Below, piece after piece: positions 36,599 through 45,651 of a DNA stretch of 64,000 nt; the stretch's first letter is position 1, and each line of letters opens with the position of its first letter. The notes under the pieces were generated by a model. It was not told the origin of the DNA. It saw nothing but the letters and a program-made list of their open reading frames with translations, and did not search any database. The stretch lies in the sequence record MG655269.1, one strand, 5' to 3'. A program made the position numbers and the translations under genes.

Positions 36599-37510
36599 AT
36601 GAGTGATTTTACTGACTTAACGAAATTGAAGACCGAATTACCACAAAACATCCAAAAGATTGATGAGCAGGATGATGTGGGTGACTTCAGCGATCTTAAC
36701 GACTACCTCATGACCATCATTCCGGATGAACGGCGTGAGCGCTTGATCGCGATCTGTCAAAACTTGAGCACCCTGCAGTACCATCAAGTCCAGCCCGATG
36801 TGGATCGGTTACTGATGATGGCTAACGACGGTGAAGCGCCGTCGGTACTCGATGACCTGACCCGGTTGTTATTTGAACACGCTTATGACTTAACGAAAAA
36901 CATGGGCTTTAACTGGGCTGATGAGATTGAGTTTGATCAGCTGTTCCTGCTCGGTGATGTAATCGAAGGTGCCATGTTGATTGATGGCATGGAAGACTAC
37001 GGCGACCTCTCAGCGATCCTGGATGGCGATGACTCGGTTGAAGAGAAGGTGGTGGATATCTGGGGCCTGGTGCTCGACAAAGACATGCACCATCTCTTTG
37101 AACAAATCCAGTCCATCGAACCGGCAGTGATCAGCGGGATCAAACAAGTCACGACCCGCCCGTATGCCGAAGACGATTATGCAGATGTGCAACGTCCACT
37201 TGAGTTCGTGGTTGAGCGGTTGGTGAAAGTCCGTGAGATGATGAAGACCGATGGCATTGCTTACCAGCATGTGGCCAAGGGCGGGGCATTAGGCGTTGAA
37301 CTCGATTCACTGATTACGCTATACACCCCTGAGTTGAATGCCGTAACCGATCCGATCGAACTGACCGACCTGCTGGTTGCCTTTACCCTGATCAGCAACA
37401 CCCCAGATGGTTTGGTGAAATCCACCGCATCCCGGCTGGCAGAAAAATGGATTGATGATATCGAAGTCATCAATGTGGTAGGTAAACATATCGACAGGTA
37501 TCCCGTGTGA
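36599..37510 (+). CDS. Acidic conserved protein (phiKZ gp79-like by position, probably virion-associated)
   Basis: Immediately upstream of, and coupled to, the virion RNAP beta'-C gene. Confidence 0.6.
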   Translation: MSDFTDLTKLKTELPQNIQKIDEQDDVGDFSDLNDYLMTIIPDERRERLIAICQNLSTLQYHQVQPDVDRLLMMANDGEAPSVLDDLTRLLFEHAYDLTKNMGFNWADEIEFDQLFLLGDVIEGAMLIDGMEDYGDLSAILDGDDSVEEKVVDIWGLVLDKDMHHLFEQIQSIEPAVISGIKQVTTRPYAEDDYADVQRPLEFVVERLVKVREMMKTDGIAYQHVAKGGALGVELDSLITLYTPELNAVTDPIELTDLLVAFTLISNTPDGLVKSTASRLAEKWIDDIEVINVVGKHIDRYPV

Positions 37511-38817
37511 ATATTCGCGACTATTTAATCATGGCCTTTCGGGCAGGGGCTTACAAGCAACGCCAGTGGGTGTTGAGTGTCATGAGTATCACCCAGACCC
37601 CGGATGGTAAATCCGTAGCAGACAGTATGATCCCGTATCAGGCACACCGCATCAACATCGGTGCGACACTCGACTGGGCTTACTGGGATGACTTCAACAA
37701 AACCTTTGTGCCGATTGAGGGAGTGGATGTTAACTTCCCGTTGTTTCGACCCGAGGATCAATACACACTACAACCTGGGGATTTCGCCAATGTCACTGAA
37801 GAAGTTACTACTACTTTCGGCCGTATTCTGGCTAACCATTATTATTTTATCGATGTGGTCGGTGAACGTGTCCCCTTTCAGAACGTAGAATTCAACCGCG
37901 GGATGCTGGAGAAGATCTACAAGGCCCGGGTATTAGAAGACGCCCAGGACTTGCGGCGTTCTGATCCGTTCTACCTGACCGTCGATGAATTCAAACGCTC
38001 CGTGGATAATGGCTTTGCCTTGGGTGGGTTGTCGAAACTTTGTGTACCGACTGCCTGTCCGGAAACCATGTATCCGCCGAAGTTCATCATCGAGATGCGT
38101 GACCGTCTGTTTGAAGAACACAAGGATGAGCTCAACAACCCGGTCGTCATGGGGCGTATTCAGGATGAGCTGTTAAAGCACTACCGTGAGTTCCTGATGT
38201 CCACCCCGTCAGCCAAGTTCTTTGTGATCAAGAAGACCATCGACCAGGCCTTCAACAACATGTTCCTGACCGGCGGTATTGCGGGGGCTTTTGGCGGTAA
38301 CACTGTTATTACCAACTCGCTGTACGAAGGCTGGAACCTGAAGAACTTCCCGGCGTTAGTGAATGGCTCTATCGAAGCTTCCTTTGACCGTGGTGCAGCT
38401 ACAGCTGATGGCGGCGAGAAAGTGAAGATGTTGATCCGTGCCACGCAGAACATCCGTATCACCGATGATGATTGTGGAACTCAGCTTGGGGTGCCGTGGG
38501 TGATTGAAGATGCCGGCAAGGCACGCTTCATTAACTCTTACATACTGGATAAGGGTGTGACGATTCTGTTAACTCCGGAGAACATTGATAAGTTCGTCGG
38601 TAAACCAGTCATGACCCGTTCACCCAGCTTCTGTAAGAAATCCCATGGCGACTCCTGTAAGTTCTGCGTCGGTGCGCATAACGCCACCAACCCACGCGGG
38701 ATGTCTTCTGGTACCTCGAAGATCGGTTCTACCCTGATGTTGTTATCGATGAAAGCGATGCATAAAGGCAGTAAGATCGATCTGATCGAGTATAACCTTG
38801 ATGAGGTCTTTAACTGA
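37507..38817 (+). CDS. rpoC: Virion RNA polymerase beta' C-terminal subunit (phiKZ gp80-like)
   Basis: SFDRGAATADGG, I.DDDCGT, TRSPSFCK...SCKFCVG and LMLLSMKAMH beta' motifs; a second, distinct beta'-C copy. Confidence 0.88.
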   Translation: MNIRDYLIMAFRAGAYKQRQWVLSVMSITQTPDGKSVADSMIPYQAHRINIGATLDWAYWDDFNKTFVPIEGVDVNFPLFRPEDQYTLQPGDFANVTEEVTTTFGRILANHYYFIDVVGERVPFQNVEFNRGMLEKIYKARVLEDAQDLRRSDPFYLTVDEFKRSVDNGFALGGLSKLCVPTACPETMYPPKFIIEMRDRLFEEHKDELNNPVVMGRIQDELLKHYREFLMSTPSAKFFVIKKTIDQAFNNMFLTGGIAGAFGGNTVITNSLYEGWNLKNFPALVNGSIEASFDRGAATADGGEKVKMLIRATQNIRITDDDCGTQLGVPWVIEDAGKARFINSYILDKGVTILLTPENIDKFVGKPVMTRSPSFCKKSHGDSCKFCVGAHNATNPRGMSSGTSKIGSTLMLLSMKAMHKGSKIDLIEYNLDEVFN

Positions 38818-38840
38818 GGATATCTGAAACCTACATTATA
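38817..38840 (+). promoter_or_regulatory. Putative phage promoter (AAACCTACATTAT)
   Basis: CCTAYATNAY core upstream of 38872. Confidence 0.5.
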
Positions 38841-38871
38841 AGAGGGAGATAACTTTTATAAGGAACGTACC

Positions 38872-39588
38872 ATGTATGGTTTATTAATCCTCGCCTTGCC
38901 TCAGTCACCGTACGTCCACATGAGTGCGATGACTGCGGACAGGTTTACTGAACTGCTCCCACAACTCCAGAAAGAGCTCGATGCAGATATCTTTCCTAAT
39001 GTGTGTTTCCAGGGTGCATTCAATGTCAGTAATACCCGTACGGTCACTCAGCTGTTTATTCCGTGTAGCGGATTGGTGGCGGCACGGGAGTTGGGGTATG
39101 AACAGATCCGCAATATTCTCGCCAACCCAGAGAAGGAAGTCCAGCATGTCACCAACATCGGTGATTGGCTGGGTATTCCTGGTAAGGTGATGTTTGATAA
39201 TGCGGATGGATCTGTGGATGAGGTCGTTGTGACTGACATGTACAAATATCTGGTACATGAAAGAAGAGAGCGCTCTGTCTTTCGGTTCAGTCCTATTGAT
39301 CTTAGTATAACCGATACCGAACCATTACCAACTCACCTCTACCCACGTGATCATTTCTACGACCAGGTCTACCTCGATAAAGACGGTGAGCGTGCTTTCC
39401 TGTCTTATGGGTCGTGTGGTGAAGAAGGCTGTGTCATAGAACCCAGAGAAGAGAAACCCGTGCAAGTGTACGGCGTTACCTACTCGTCACTGGATGAAGT
39501 GGCCCGATGCTATAACCTGCCTGAACAGTACGTGAAAGAACGCGTTGAATCTGACAGCCTTGAATGGCTGGAGTGGTCATATTTGTAA
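38872..39588 (+). CDS. Hypothetical protein, paralog of 43137-43919, with NUMOD1-like HTH C-terminus
   Basis: TNIGDWL, VTD.YKYL and PVQVYGVTYSSLDEVA motifs. Confidence 0.7.
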   Translation: MYGLLILALPQSPYVHMSAMTADRFTELLPQLQKELDADIFPNVCFQGAFNVSNTRTVTQLFIPCSGLVAARELGYEQIRNILANPEKEVQHVTNIGDWLGIPGKVMFDNADGSVDEVVVTDMYKYLVHERRERSVFRFSPIDLSITDTEPLPTHLYPRDHFYDQVYLDKDGERAFLSYGSCGEEGCVIEPREEKPVQVYGVTYSSLDEVARCYNLPEQYVKERVESDSLEWLEWSYL

Positions 39589-39716
39589 AAGTATTTGGGG
39601 ATGAGACGCAGAGCTGATTCCCATCTACGGTAAGTTGTTCAAGGAAGCAGCAAACCGGTTATAAAAAATGAAAGGGTTTTCGTAAGATAGTCAGTGCTCC
39701 GTACCCGAGACAATAC

Positions 39717-39914
39717 ATGACCACAAACCCGCAGTTTATTTTCGTGGCTCAGAATTCTGATGCTACACACAGCGTAGAGAAACTGGAAGTAGGACGCGAT
39801 ACCGATACCCAGAAGAACCTCACGGAACTTCGTAAAGGTTTGCCGTTCGACTTCTCGTTTATCATGTCTGAAGAGGCGATCTATCAACTTCGACAGGCAG
39901 GGCACATCAACTAA
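39717..39914 (+). CDS. Small hypothetical protein
   Basis: 65-aa ORF in operon orientation. Confidence 0.5.
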   Translation: MTTNPQFIFVAQNSDATHSVEKLEVGRDTDTQKNLTELRKGLPFDFSFIMSEEAIYQLRQAGHIN

Positions 39915-39929
39915 ACTGCTGAGGTAGTC

Positions 39930-40382
39930 ATGACGAACAAATCGGAGATCTCACACGGTGGTGGTGATCAGCCTATGGAAAAAGAGCAAAGCAACTTATC
40001 CGTACTGGTGAACTACTCCACAGGTGTGATGGAAGGTGACCGTTTTAATTACTCGGTTGCATTGGCGCTGTTGAAAGACGGCATCAAAGTGAAACGCGAA
40101 GACTGGAAGAACGCTTTCCTGGTGTTCGTCCCGGGTAGTCAGAATGTTGAACTGCCAAAAGGGTCGCCGTATGAAGTCGCACTCCACGGTAAGAAGTCCG
40201 TTGCCAATATTCGTCCGCACATCGATCTGTACACGGAGTACGGTGAATTCGAAGTCGGTTGGACCGCCAACCAGGAAGACACCAACGCCGATGACTGGAT
40301 GATTGTCTTAGACAAGAACACCAATCAAGACGACAGTGCCGACGAAGAGAAAGAGTCCTCAAACGACGACTCGAAGTCATAA
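39930..40382 (+). CDS. tad2: DUF2829 / Tad2-family protein (putative immune-signal sponge)
   Basis: FNYSVALALLKDG.KV.R.DW...FLVFVPG...PHIDL...GW.A.Q.D..ADDW.IV is the DUF2829 signature; SD GAGGT. Confidence 0.8.
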   Translation: MTNKSEISHGGGDQPMEKEQSNLSVLVNYSTGVMEGDRFNYSVALALLKDGIKVKREDWKNAFLVFVPGSQNVELPKGSPYEVALHGKKSVANIRPHIDLYTEYGEFEVGWTANQEDTNADDWMIVLDKNTNQDDSADEEKESSNDDSKS

Positions 40383-40387
40383 ACCCC

Positions 40388-40415
40388 AGGAGAGCTTCGG
40401 CTCTCCTTTTATGCC
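40388..40415 (+). terminator. Hairpin AGGAGAGC-TTCG-GCTCTCCT followed by TTTATGCC
   Basis: Perfect 8-bp stem, UUCG loop, consensus tail. Confidence 0.8.
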
Positions 40416-40431
40416 CATTAAGGAACATGTC

Positions 40432-40791
40432 ATGAGTGAAAAGAAAGCGTTCGAAGTGGTATTAGACAGTCGTCATGAACCGTACGAGGCTTACCAGTTA
40501 TTAGTGGCGCGTATCAATACGTTATTACGCACCGGTCAAGGCTACCATGAAGTGAAACTCACGAAATGGCAGCTTTACGATAACGGTCTTCTTATCAAAG
40601 GAGATGATGATGTGCATATCTCCTTGTTGCGTCATTTCTATTACGATAAGCAACGCAATACATTTGGTGGTGGCTTCATGACCTTTGAAATCCTGGAAGA
40701 TCTGGGTCGTTACTACAAAGTGTCCGATATCACAGAAGGGATGAGCGAGAACGTTGGTCTCGTCTTTACGATCACGGTAACCACACCATAA
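40432..40791 (+). CDS. Hypothetical protein, paralog array member 1
   Basis: VKLTKWQLY and C-terminal VFTITV motifs; SD AAGGA. Confidence 0.68.
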   Translation: MSEKKAFEVVLDSRHEPYEAYQLLVARINTLLRTGQGYHEVKLTKWQLYDNGLLIKGDDDVHISLLRHFYYDKQRNTFGGGFMTFEILEDLGRYYKVSDITEGMSENVGLVFTITVTTP

Positions 40792-40800
40792 GAGGTTTAG

Positions 40801-41166
40801 ATGAAACCACTCTTCGCCATGAAGTTCGATACCCGTGATGCGTCATTTACCAGTCAGCTGGATTTACTGCAATCCCGTATCAAGAGCTTCTCTAAACGTG
40901 GCACAACGATTAAGGATGTGGCAGTCACTAGTTGGCAGCTGTTTTCAAACAACATGGTGGTGGCTGGCGACGACCCCGCCTACGTCACCATCATCCACAA
41001 CTACCAGTATGACATTGAACAGCAGTGTGTAGTTGGTGGCGCCAGCGCGGTAGATACTCTCAGAGAGATCTGGTCGGCATATGGTCCTGACTCGACACTC
41101 CCACGTTACGGGTCTGTGCCGGGTGCTATCGATATTCAATACACGATTACTGTGTTCACTATTTAA
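40801..41166 (+). CDS. Hypothetical protein, paralog array member 2
   Basis: VAVTSWQLF and C-terminal IQYTITV motifs; SD GAGG. Confidence 0.68.
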   Translation: MKPLFAMKFDTRDASFTSQLDLLQSRIKSFSKRGTTIKDVAVTSWQLFSNNMVVAGDDPAYVTIIHNYQYDIEQQCVVGGASAVDTLREIWSAYGPDSTLPRYGSVPGAIDIQYTITVFTI

Positions 41167-41179
41167 AGGAGATACCCGT

Positions 41180-41572
41180 ATGGGAGTTTCTACTGCTGCT
41201 GCTCGTCGTTCTAAAGAAGGGGTGTTTACCCGGAGTATTGAAGTGCGTCATGATCACTGGAAACGGGACATCACGGATTTAGGACTGGATGTCCATAACC
41301 TGGTGTTGTGTAAACAGGAGATCGTATCCGTTACCCTCACTGCCTGGCGGGCGTATGATGAGTGCGGTGTATTGCGCGGCAGTGCCAAAGAGTTGAAGTT
41401 AGACATTACGGAATGGTTCCTCGGTGACAAAGGCCCGGTCATTAATGATGCGATCAAACCTCTCACGTTTGCCTTCATCATTAATCAACAACGCAGCCAA
41501 CGCACGCCCTGGGTAAAAGATGTCCGCTTAGGGCTTAACCTGTCCATTGTCTACAAGAGGATTCAGCAATAA
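41180..41572 (+). CDS. Hypothetical protein, paralog array member 3
   Basis: VTLTAWRAY and C-terminal LNLSIVY motifs; SD AAGGAG before ATG 41180. Confidence 0.68.
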   Translation: MGVSTAAARRSKEGVFTRSIEVRHDHWKRDITDLGLDVHNLVLCKQEIVSVTLTAWRAYDECGVLRGSAKELKLDITEWFLGDKGPVINDAIKPLTFAFIINQQRSQRTPWVKDVRLGLNLSIVYKRIQQ

Positions 41573-41916
41573 TGGAAATTGTCCACCAACTCGATCTTAG
41601 CCACGGCTGGGAGCCCTTCAACCGCCTGAAAGCCGCCTTTGCCAAGAAACCCCCGGAGGCAATCTACATCACTGCCTGGGTTGCTCATGGTTATAAAGGA
41701 AACCTCATCGGTGATGAGCAAGTGGCGAAAGGGTCGTGTCAGGAGTGCCGGATTGATGTGACCCACATCTTCTTCCCCAGTCGGCCTGAGATCTTGATTG
41801 GTTTGTCGAGCTTCATTAACACTATTAACCGTGACGGGCCGGTGAAGATCCCGGCCTGGACCGGATCGATTACTCTTTGTCTTGAATTAGCGATAAGTTA
41901 TACGGATAGAATTTAA
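41572..41916 (+). CDS. Hypothetical protein, paralog array member 4
   Basis: IYITAWVAH and C-terminal LELAISY motifs; TAATG coupling. Confidence 0.62.
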   Translation: MEIVHQLDLSHGWEPFNRLKAAFAKKPPEAIYITAWVAHGYKGNLIGDEQVAKGSCQECRIDVTHIFFPSRPEILIGLSSFINTINRDGPVKIPAWTGSITLCLELAISYTDRI

Positions 41917-42023
41917 TCGGCATATATTCTGTCTCGTTAGCGTAAGCTCGCTAAAAACCCTTTTAAAGTTTTGTATAACAAACTATCAACTTTGTAGAAA
42001 GAAACAAATAGGAAATTAATCTC

Positions 42024-42734
42024 ATGTTGCATGAAAACTTTGAAGCCTTAGTGGCGAACATCGCCAACCAAATCAATCAGCTGGAACCCGAGGATCTGCC
42101 GTCACTGATCCTGACCAAGAGCGAGGTCTACATCAACGACAAGCGACACGATCGCACGCGTCTACTGCTGAACCTGTTTACCCCACAACCCGGGCACACG
42201 CACGACGTGACCTTCGATCAAGAGCTGCAGGATGCCTTCGCTCACAACAACCTGGAGTTTATCAAAGTCGGTGAAGGGATCGCCTACGGACTACTGCGTA
42301 CCAGTATCGTTAACAACGAACCCGCAGTGTTCTGGATTCACGCTGATGTCTCCGATGATGCATCATTACTGAAGCAAGCCTGGGATATCATCACCGACCT
42401 GAAGAAGAATGCGGGTTACCCCCAGGCGTTTAACATTGACGTGCTCGACGTAAGCTGGCATGCGTTAAGCTGGGCACAACTGCTGGGGACTTTGCTTGAC
42501 CGCACTGACCCGACACGCCGGTTCCGTTTGGCAACTAACCCCGACTACGATTTTGTGTTATCCCAGAAAGCCATCACGTATTACCAGGAGACGTTGAGTA
42601 AACGTCCGATGGCACCGGTTGCTTACCTCGATGACACTAACCTGTTTAATGGTGGCGACTTTAACGACAGTGATCGCAACTGGGCAATCGCCCCGAACGA
42701 CAGCACCCGTCCTATCGTGAAGGTGTATGTTTAA
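42024..42734 (+). CDS. Hypothetical protein
   Basis: SD AGGA; AT-rich promoter-like upstream region containing CATATATT at 41921. Confidence 0.72.
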   Translation: MLHENFEALVANIANQINQLEPEDLPSLILTKSEVYINDKRHDRTRLLLNLFTPQPGHTHDVTFDQELQDAFAHNNLEFIKVGEGIAYGLLRTSIVNNEPAVFWIHADVSDDASLLKQAWDIITDLKKNAGYPQAFNIDVLDVSWHALSWAQLLGTLLDRTDPTRRFRLATNPDYDFVLSQKAITYYQETLSKRPMAPVAYLDDTNLFNGGDFNDSDRNWAIAPNDSTRPIVKVYV

Positions 42735-42792
42735 ATAAACACAAGCTCCAGATGGTATACTTGGAAACATTTATTGATCTGGAGCCCCAATC

Positions 42793-43092
42793 ATGCAAAA
42801 CAATGACGATGTGGTGCCGATGCACTATAACCACAACGTGGACATGAACAACCCGCTCGACGTGGATGAAGAGGCGTTAAAAGTTCGCTTTGCCGCACGC
42901 CTGTGCAGCTTCCTTGATCTTGCCGAGCAACTGAATAAGGATGACTTAACCCAAAACGATATCAGTCAGTTCACCGTCGGTATCGTAAACTTAGTGTGTG
43001 ACTCAATGGGCAGTAGTCCCAAACGAGACCTTTACAGGAGACAGATGGTTGACAAACTTGAACCTGTTCTGTCGAGGCATCTGATTAAATAG
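42793..43092 (+). CDS. Hypothetical protein
   Basis: SD GGAG. Confidence 0.65.
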   Translation: MQNNDDVVPMHYNHNVDMNNPLDVDEEALKVRFAARLCSFLDLAEQLNKDDLTQNDISQFTVGIVNLVCDSMGSSPKRDLYRRQMVDKLEPVLSRHLIK

Positions 43093-43136
43093 TCGGAGGC
43101 GTGACGGAACGCGACTACATTGCAGTATAAAAGGAT

Positions 43137-43919
43137 ATGGCTATGACGTTCGAAAAAGAAGGGGACACGTTGCACATTGTGCGACTGAGAACCAAAGGCT
43201 GGTACCACATGACGGTAACCAGCGATCCTGATGCGAGTATGGATATCGTTAACACGAACTTACGTCAGGGCACTTTTACTGATCCACTTTTACAACACCA
43301 GTACGACATCTGTAAAAAAGAGATGGGGCAAGACCCCAATCCAAATGACATCGTTTTCCACCAGTTCGTGACCACGCCAGACCAGACCGGGTATCAGTCT
43401 GGCCACTGGATGATTCGTGATCACATTCGCCACGGCTATTCACTGAAGTGTTTGACTAACATCGGTGACTGGCTTTCGACCGCAGCCTATCTTTATATCC
43501 CAGACCCTGATGATAAAGAGGGTGGTGAGAGAAAATACAAAGTAACTGACTTAGGTAAGTATCTCGACAAGGAAGAGTTGTTGGGTCACTCCGACCACCT
43601 GCCGATGTATTTCTTGCCTGATGAGGAACCGGGTGACAGCTATGATGAGTTGATTGAAACCCATCGTCTTCCGCAACCTGACAAAGGTTACTCTTGTGTG
43701 GCCATCAAGAACGGTATGTCGTTTAGTTTGCTGACGTACAACAACTCCAAGCGGGTGCTTTCAGAAGAGGAAGAACTGCAAACCACAACCGTCCCAGTCA
43801 GGGCAGATGGTTTGCTGTACAGCTCCGTCTTAGAGTTGGCTATGGCTAAGAACGCCCCAGTCTGGTTTGTCTTGGAGATGCTAACCTCCGAAACCGACCC
43901 AAACTGGCATTTCGTCTAA
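43137..43919 (+). CDS. Hypothetical protein, paralog of 38872-39588
   Basis: TNIGDWL, VTDLGKYL and VRADGLLYSSVLELA motifs. Confidence 0.7.
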   Translation: MAMTFEKEGDTLHIVRLRTKGWYHMTVTSDPDASMDIVNTNLRQGTFTDPLLQHQYDICKKEMGQDPNPNDIVFHQFVTTPDQTGYQSGHWMIRDHIRHGYSLKCLTNIGDWLSTAAYLYIPDPDDKEGGERKYKVTDLGKYLDKEELLGHSDHLPMYFLPDEEPGDSYDELIETHRLPQPDKGYSCVAIKNGMSFSLLTYNNSKRVLSEEEELQTTTVPVRADGLLYSSVLELAMAKNAPVWFVLEMLTSETDPNWHFV

Positions 43920-44007
43920 CCGAGATTGGCTGTGGGGAATCCTATGCAATTGCAAAGTGTAGAGAGAACCACGGCCAATCGTAAGCTGTATCATAAGGAG
44001 AGAGATT

Positions 44008-45588
44008 GTGAGTGAAGCTAACCAGAACATCGTAGAAAGCTACGACGACCTGCCGAAGAACGCGCAGAAAGGTGATCGCTATACCGTGCGTGAAGACGCG
44101 ATCGTTTACGAACTCCAGGAAGATGGTTCTTGGAAAGACGTAGACATCAACGAACAGGTTGATCAGGAAAACGAAGAGCAGGCGCAGACCGAAGATGGTC
44201 AGCAGTCTGACACCGGCGCAACTGATCAACCTGCCTCTGATGAAGAGGGCGATGCTGATTCGTCTAAAACTGCAGCTACCGATGAAGAAGACCAGGTAGA
44301 TGACAACGGCGATGACAAGCAGACTCCGGCTGAAGAGAAGCAGGAAGAAGCAGCGCAGGCGGTTGATGAAACCCAACCACGTGATGACCCTTACGTACGA
44401 GGAGCGAACAGCGATGCCAATCCGGCACAACCTGAAGATGCGAATCAAACGCAAGATCAGACTGACGAAGCAGGACAAACTCCTGATTCTTCTGACGATA
44501 CCAACACGCAGCAGGAAAGCACTGATGGCGTTGCGACGCAGGATGCGAAAGAGCAGGCTAACATCCCGGAAGGGGTAGATCCTGAAGAAGCGCAACCTGA
44601 CAACCAACCGCTGGCAGTAGCGCCAGTTGAGCAACCCCCTGTCCAGCACGAAGCGGTCGCGGTTGATCCTAACGCTGACCAGCCATCACCTGAAGCGCGT
44701 CCAGACAGCAAGATCGAAGAAGCGGCTGAACTGAACGCACAGAAAGAAGATGCAGCTCGTGATGAGATCGCTGAAGCCGGTGCCGATGCGCAAGCTGCGA
44801 TCTCTGCTGAGCAGACTGACGCTGGCAAAGCCAAAGAAGACGCACAGGCTGAAGGCCAGTTGCCGAACGATGGTGCTGCTGATGATGTCGCCGCTGGTAA
44901 ACCACGTAATGACCAGACCTACACCGAAGATCAGAAAGCGGCGAACACGCCAGCTCCTGAAATCGTGCAGGCTCAGGAAAACCATACGTCAGAGCCTGAT
45001 CCGGTAGTCAGCCAGGAAGAGACCCATGTGCAGAACGCCACGGACCCTGACCAGCCGACTATCATCCCGCAGGAAGCGAAGTCTGAATCACTGGCGCATC
45101 AAGCTACCGATCCAACGCAGGAAACTGTGTTTGTTAAGCAGGATGAAAACCTGGACCCGGAAGTGCGCGTGCTGCAACAGCGCATTGAAGAGTACATCGG
45201 CAACATGGGTGTGAACGGTAAGCACGATCGCCGTGACGGTCCGAAGTATCAGGCTCGCCTGTACAAAGACCTGCACTCCATCATGGCGCTGGAGCCAGTG
45301 AAGTTCAAGCAAGTGATGGACTACCTGCTGAACCGTGTGTATGAAGAACGTGCCGGTGCTTTCTCTGACACCTATACGCGCCGTTACTTCGATCAGCTGT
45401 CACCGATGCACATGCAGACCGATCGCGTGCGTGAGTTTGACAACATCCTGTCGCTGGTAACCACTGTGGGTCATTCCAAAAACCGCAGTCGTGCCCTGCA
45501 GCAGGTTGATCTGCAACGCGCCCTGAAGAACATTCAGGATGCCGGTAAGCAGCAGCGTATGGCAGCGTACTTTGATGCTCTGCGCTAA
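44008..45588 (+). CDS. Highly acidic, largely disordered protein with a conserved helical C-terminal domain (possibly virion or assembly related)
   Basis: GTG with AAGGAG SD; about 380 aa rich in D/E/Q/A/P; highly-expressed-type codon usage. Confidence 0.75.
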   Translation: MSEANQNIVESYDDLPKNAQKGDRYTVREDAIVYELQEDGSWKDVDINEQVDQENEEQAQTEDGQQSDTGATDQPASDEEGDADSSKTAATDEEDQVDDNGDDKQTPAEEKQEEAAQAVDETQPRDDPYVRGANSDANPAQPEDANQTQDQTDEAGQTPDSSDDTNTQQESTDGVATQDAKEQANIPEGVDPEEAQPDNQPLAVAPVEQPPVQHEAVAVDPNADQPSPEARPDSKIEEAAELNAQKEDAARDEIAEAGADAQAAISAEQTDAGKAKEDAQAEGQLPNDGAADDVAAGKPRNDQTYTEDQKAANTPAPEIVQAQENHTSEPDPVVSQEETHVQNATDPDQPTIIPQEAKSESLAHQATDPTQETVFVKQDENLDPEVRVLQQRIEEYIGNMGVNGKHDRRDGPKYQARLYKDLHSIMALEPVKFKQVMDYLLNRVYEERAGAFSDTYTRRYFDQLSPMHMQTDRVREFDNILSLVTTVGHSKNRSRALQQVDLQRALKNIQDAGKQQRMAAYFDALR

Positions 45589-45603
45589 TTGATCATTTGA
45601 TCA

Positions 45604-45650
45604 GCATAAGGAGAGGCCTCGCGCCTCTCCTGTTTATGCCGCCTTTTTTT
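45604..45650. terminator. Bidirectional hairpin AGGAGAGGC-CTCGC-GCCTCTCCT flanked by GCATAA and TTTATGCCG plus T-tract
   Basis: Convergent junction; motif present on both strands. Confidence 0.85.
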
Positions 45651-45651
45651 T

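Noticed and set aside
39589-39716. Intergenic gap checked for a tRNA or ncRNA
   Set aside because: No cloverleaf, T-loop or CCA end; only weak pairing. Other gaps (8175-8297, 14682-14858, 46678-46818, 49628-49727) are explained by promoters or terminators.
43942-44649. 235-aa hydrophobic minus-strand ORF that looks like a membrane protein
   Set aside because: Antisense shadow of the acidic D/E-rich gene 44008-45588; GAA/GAT codons read as F/I/L on the other strand.
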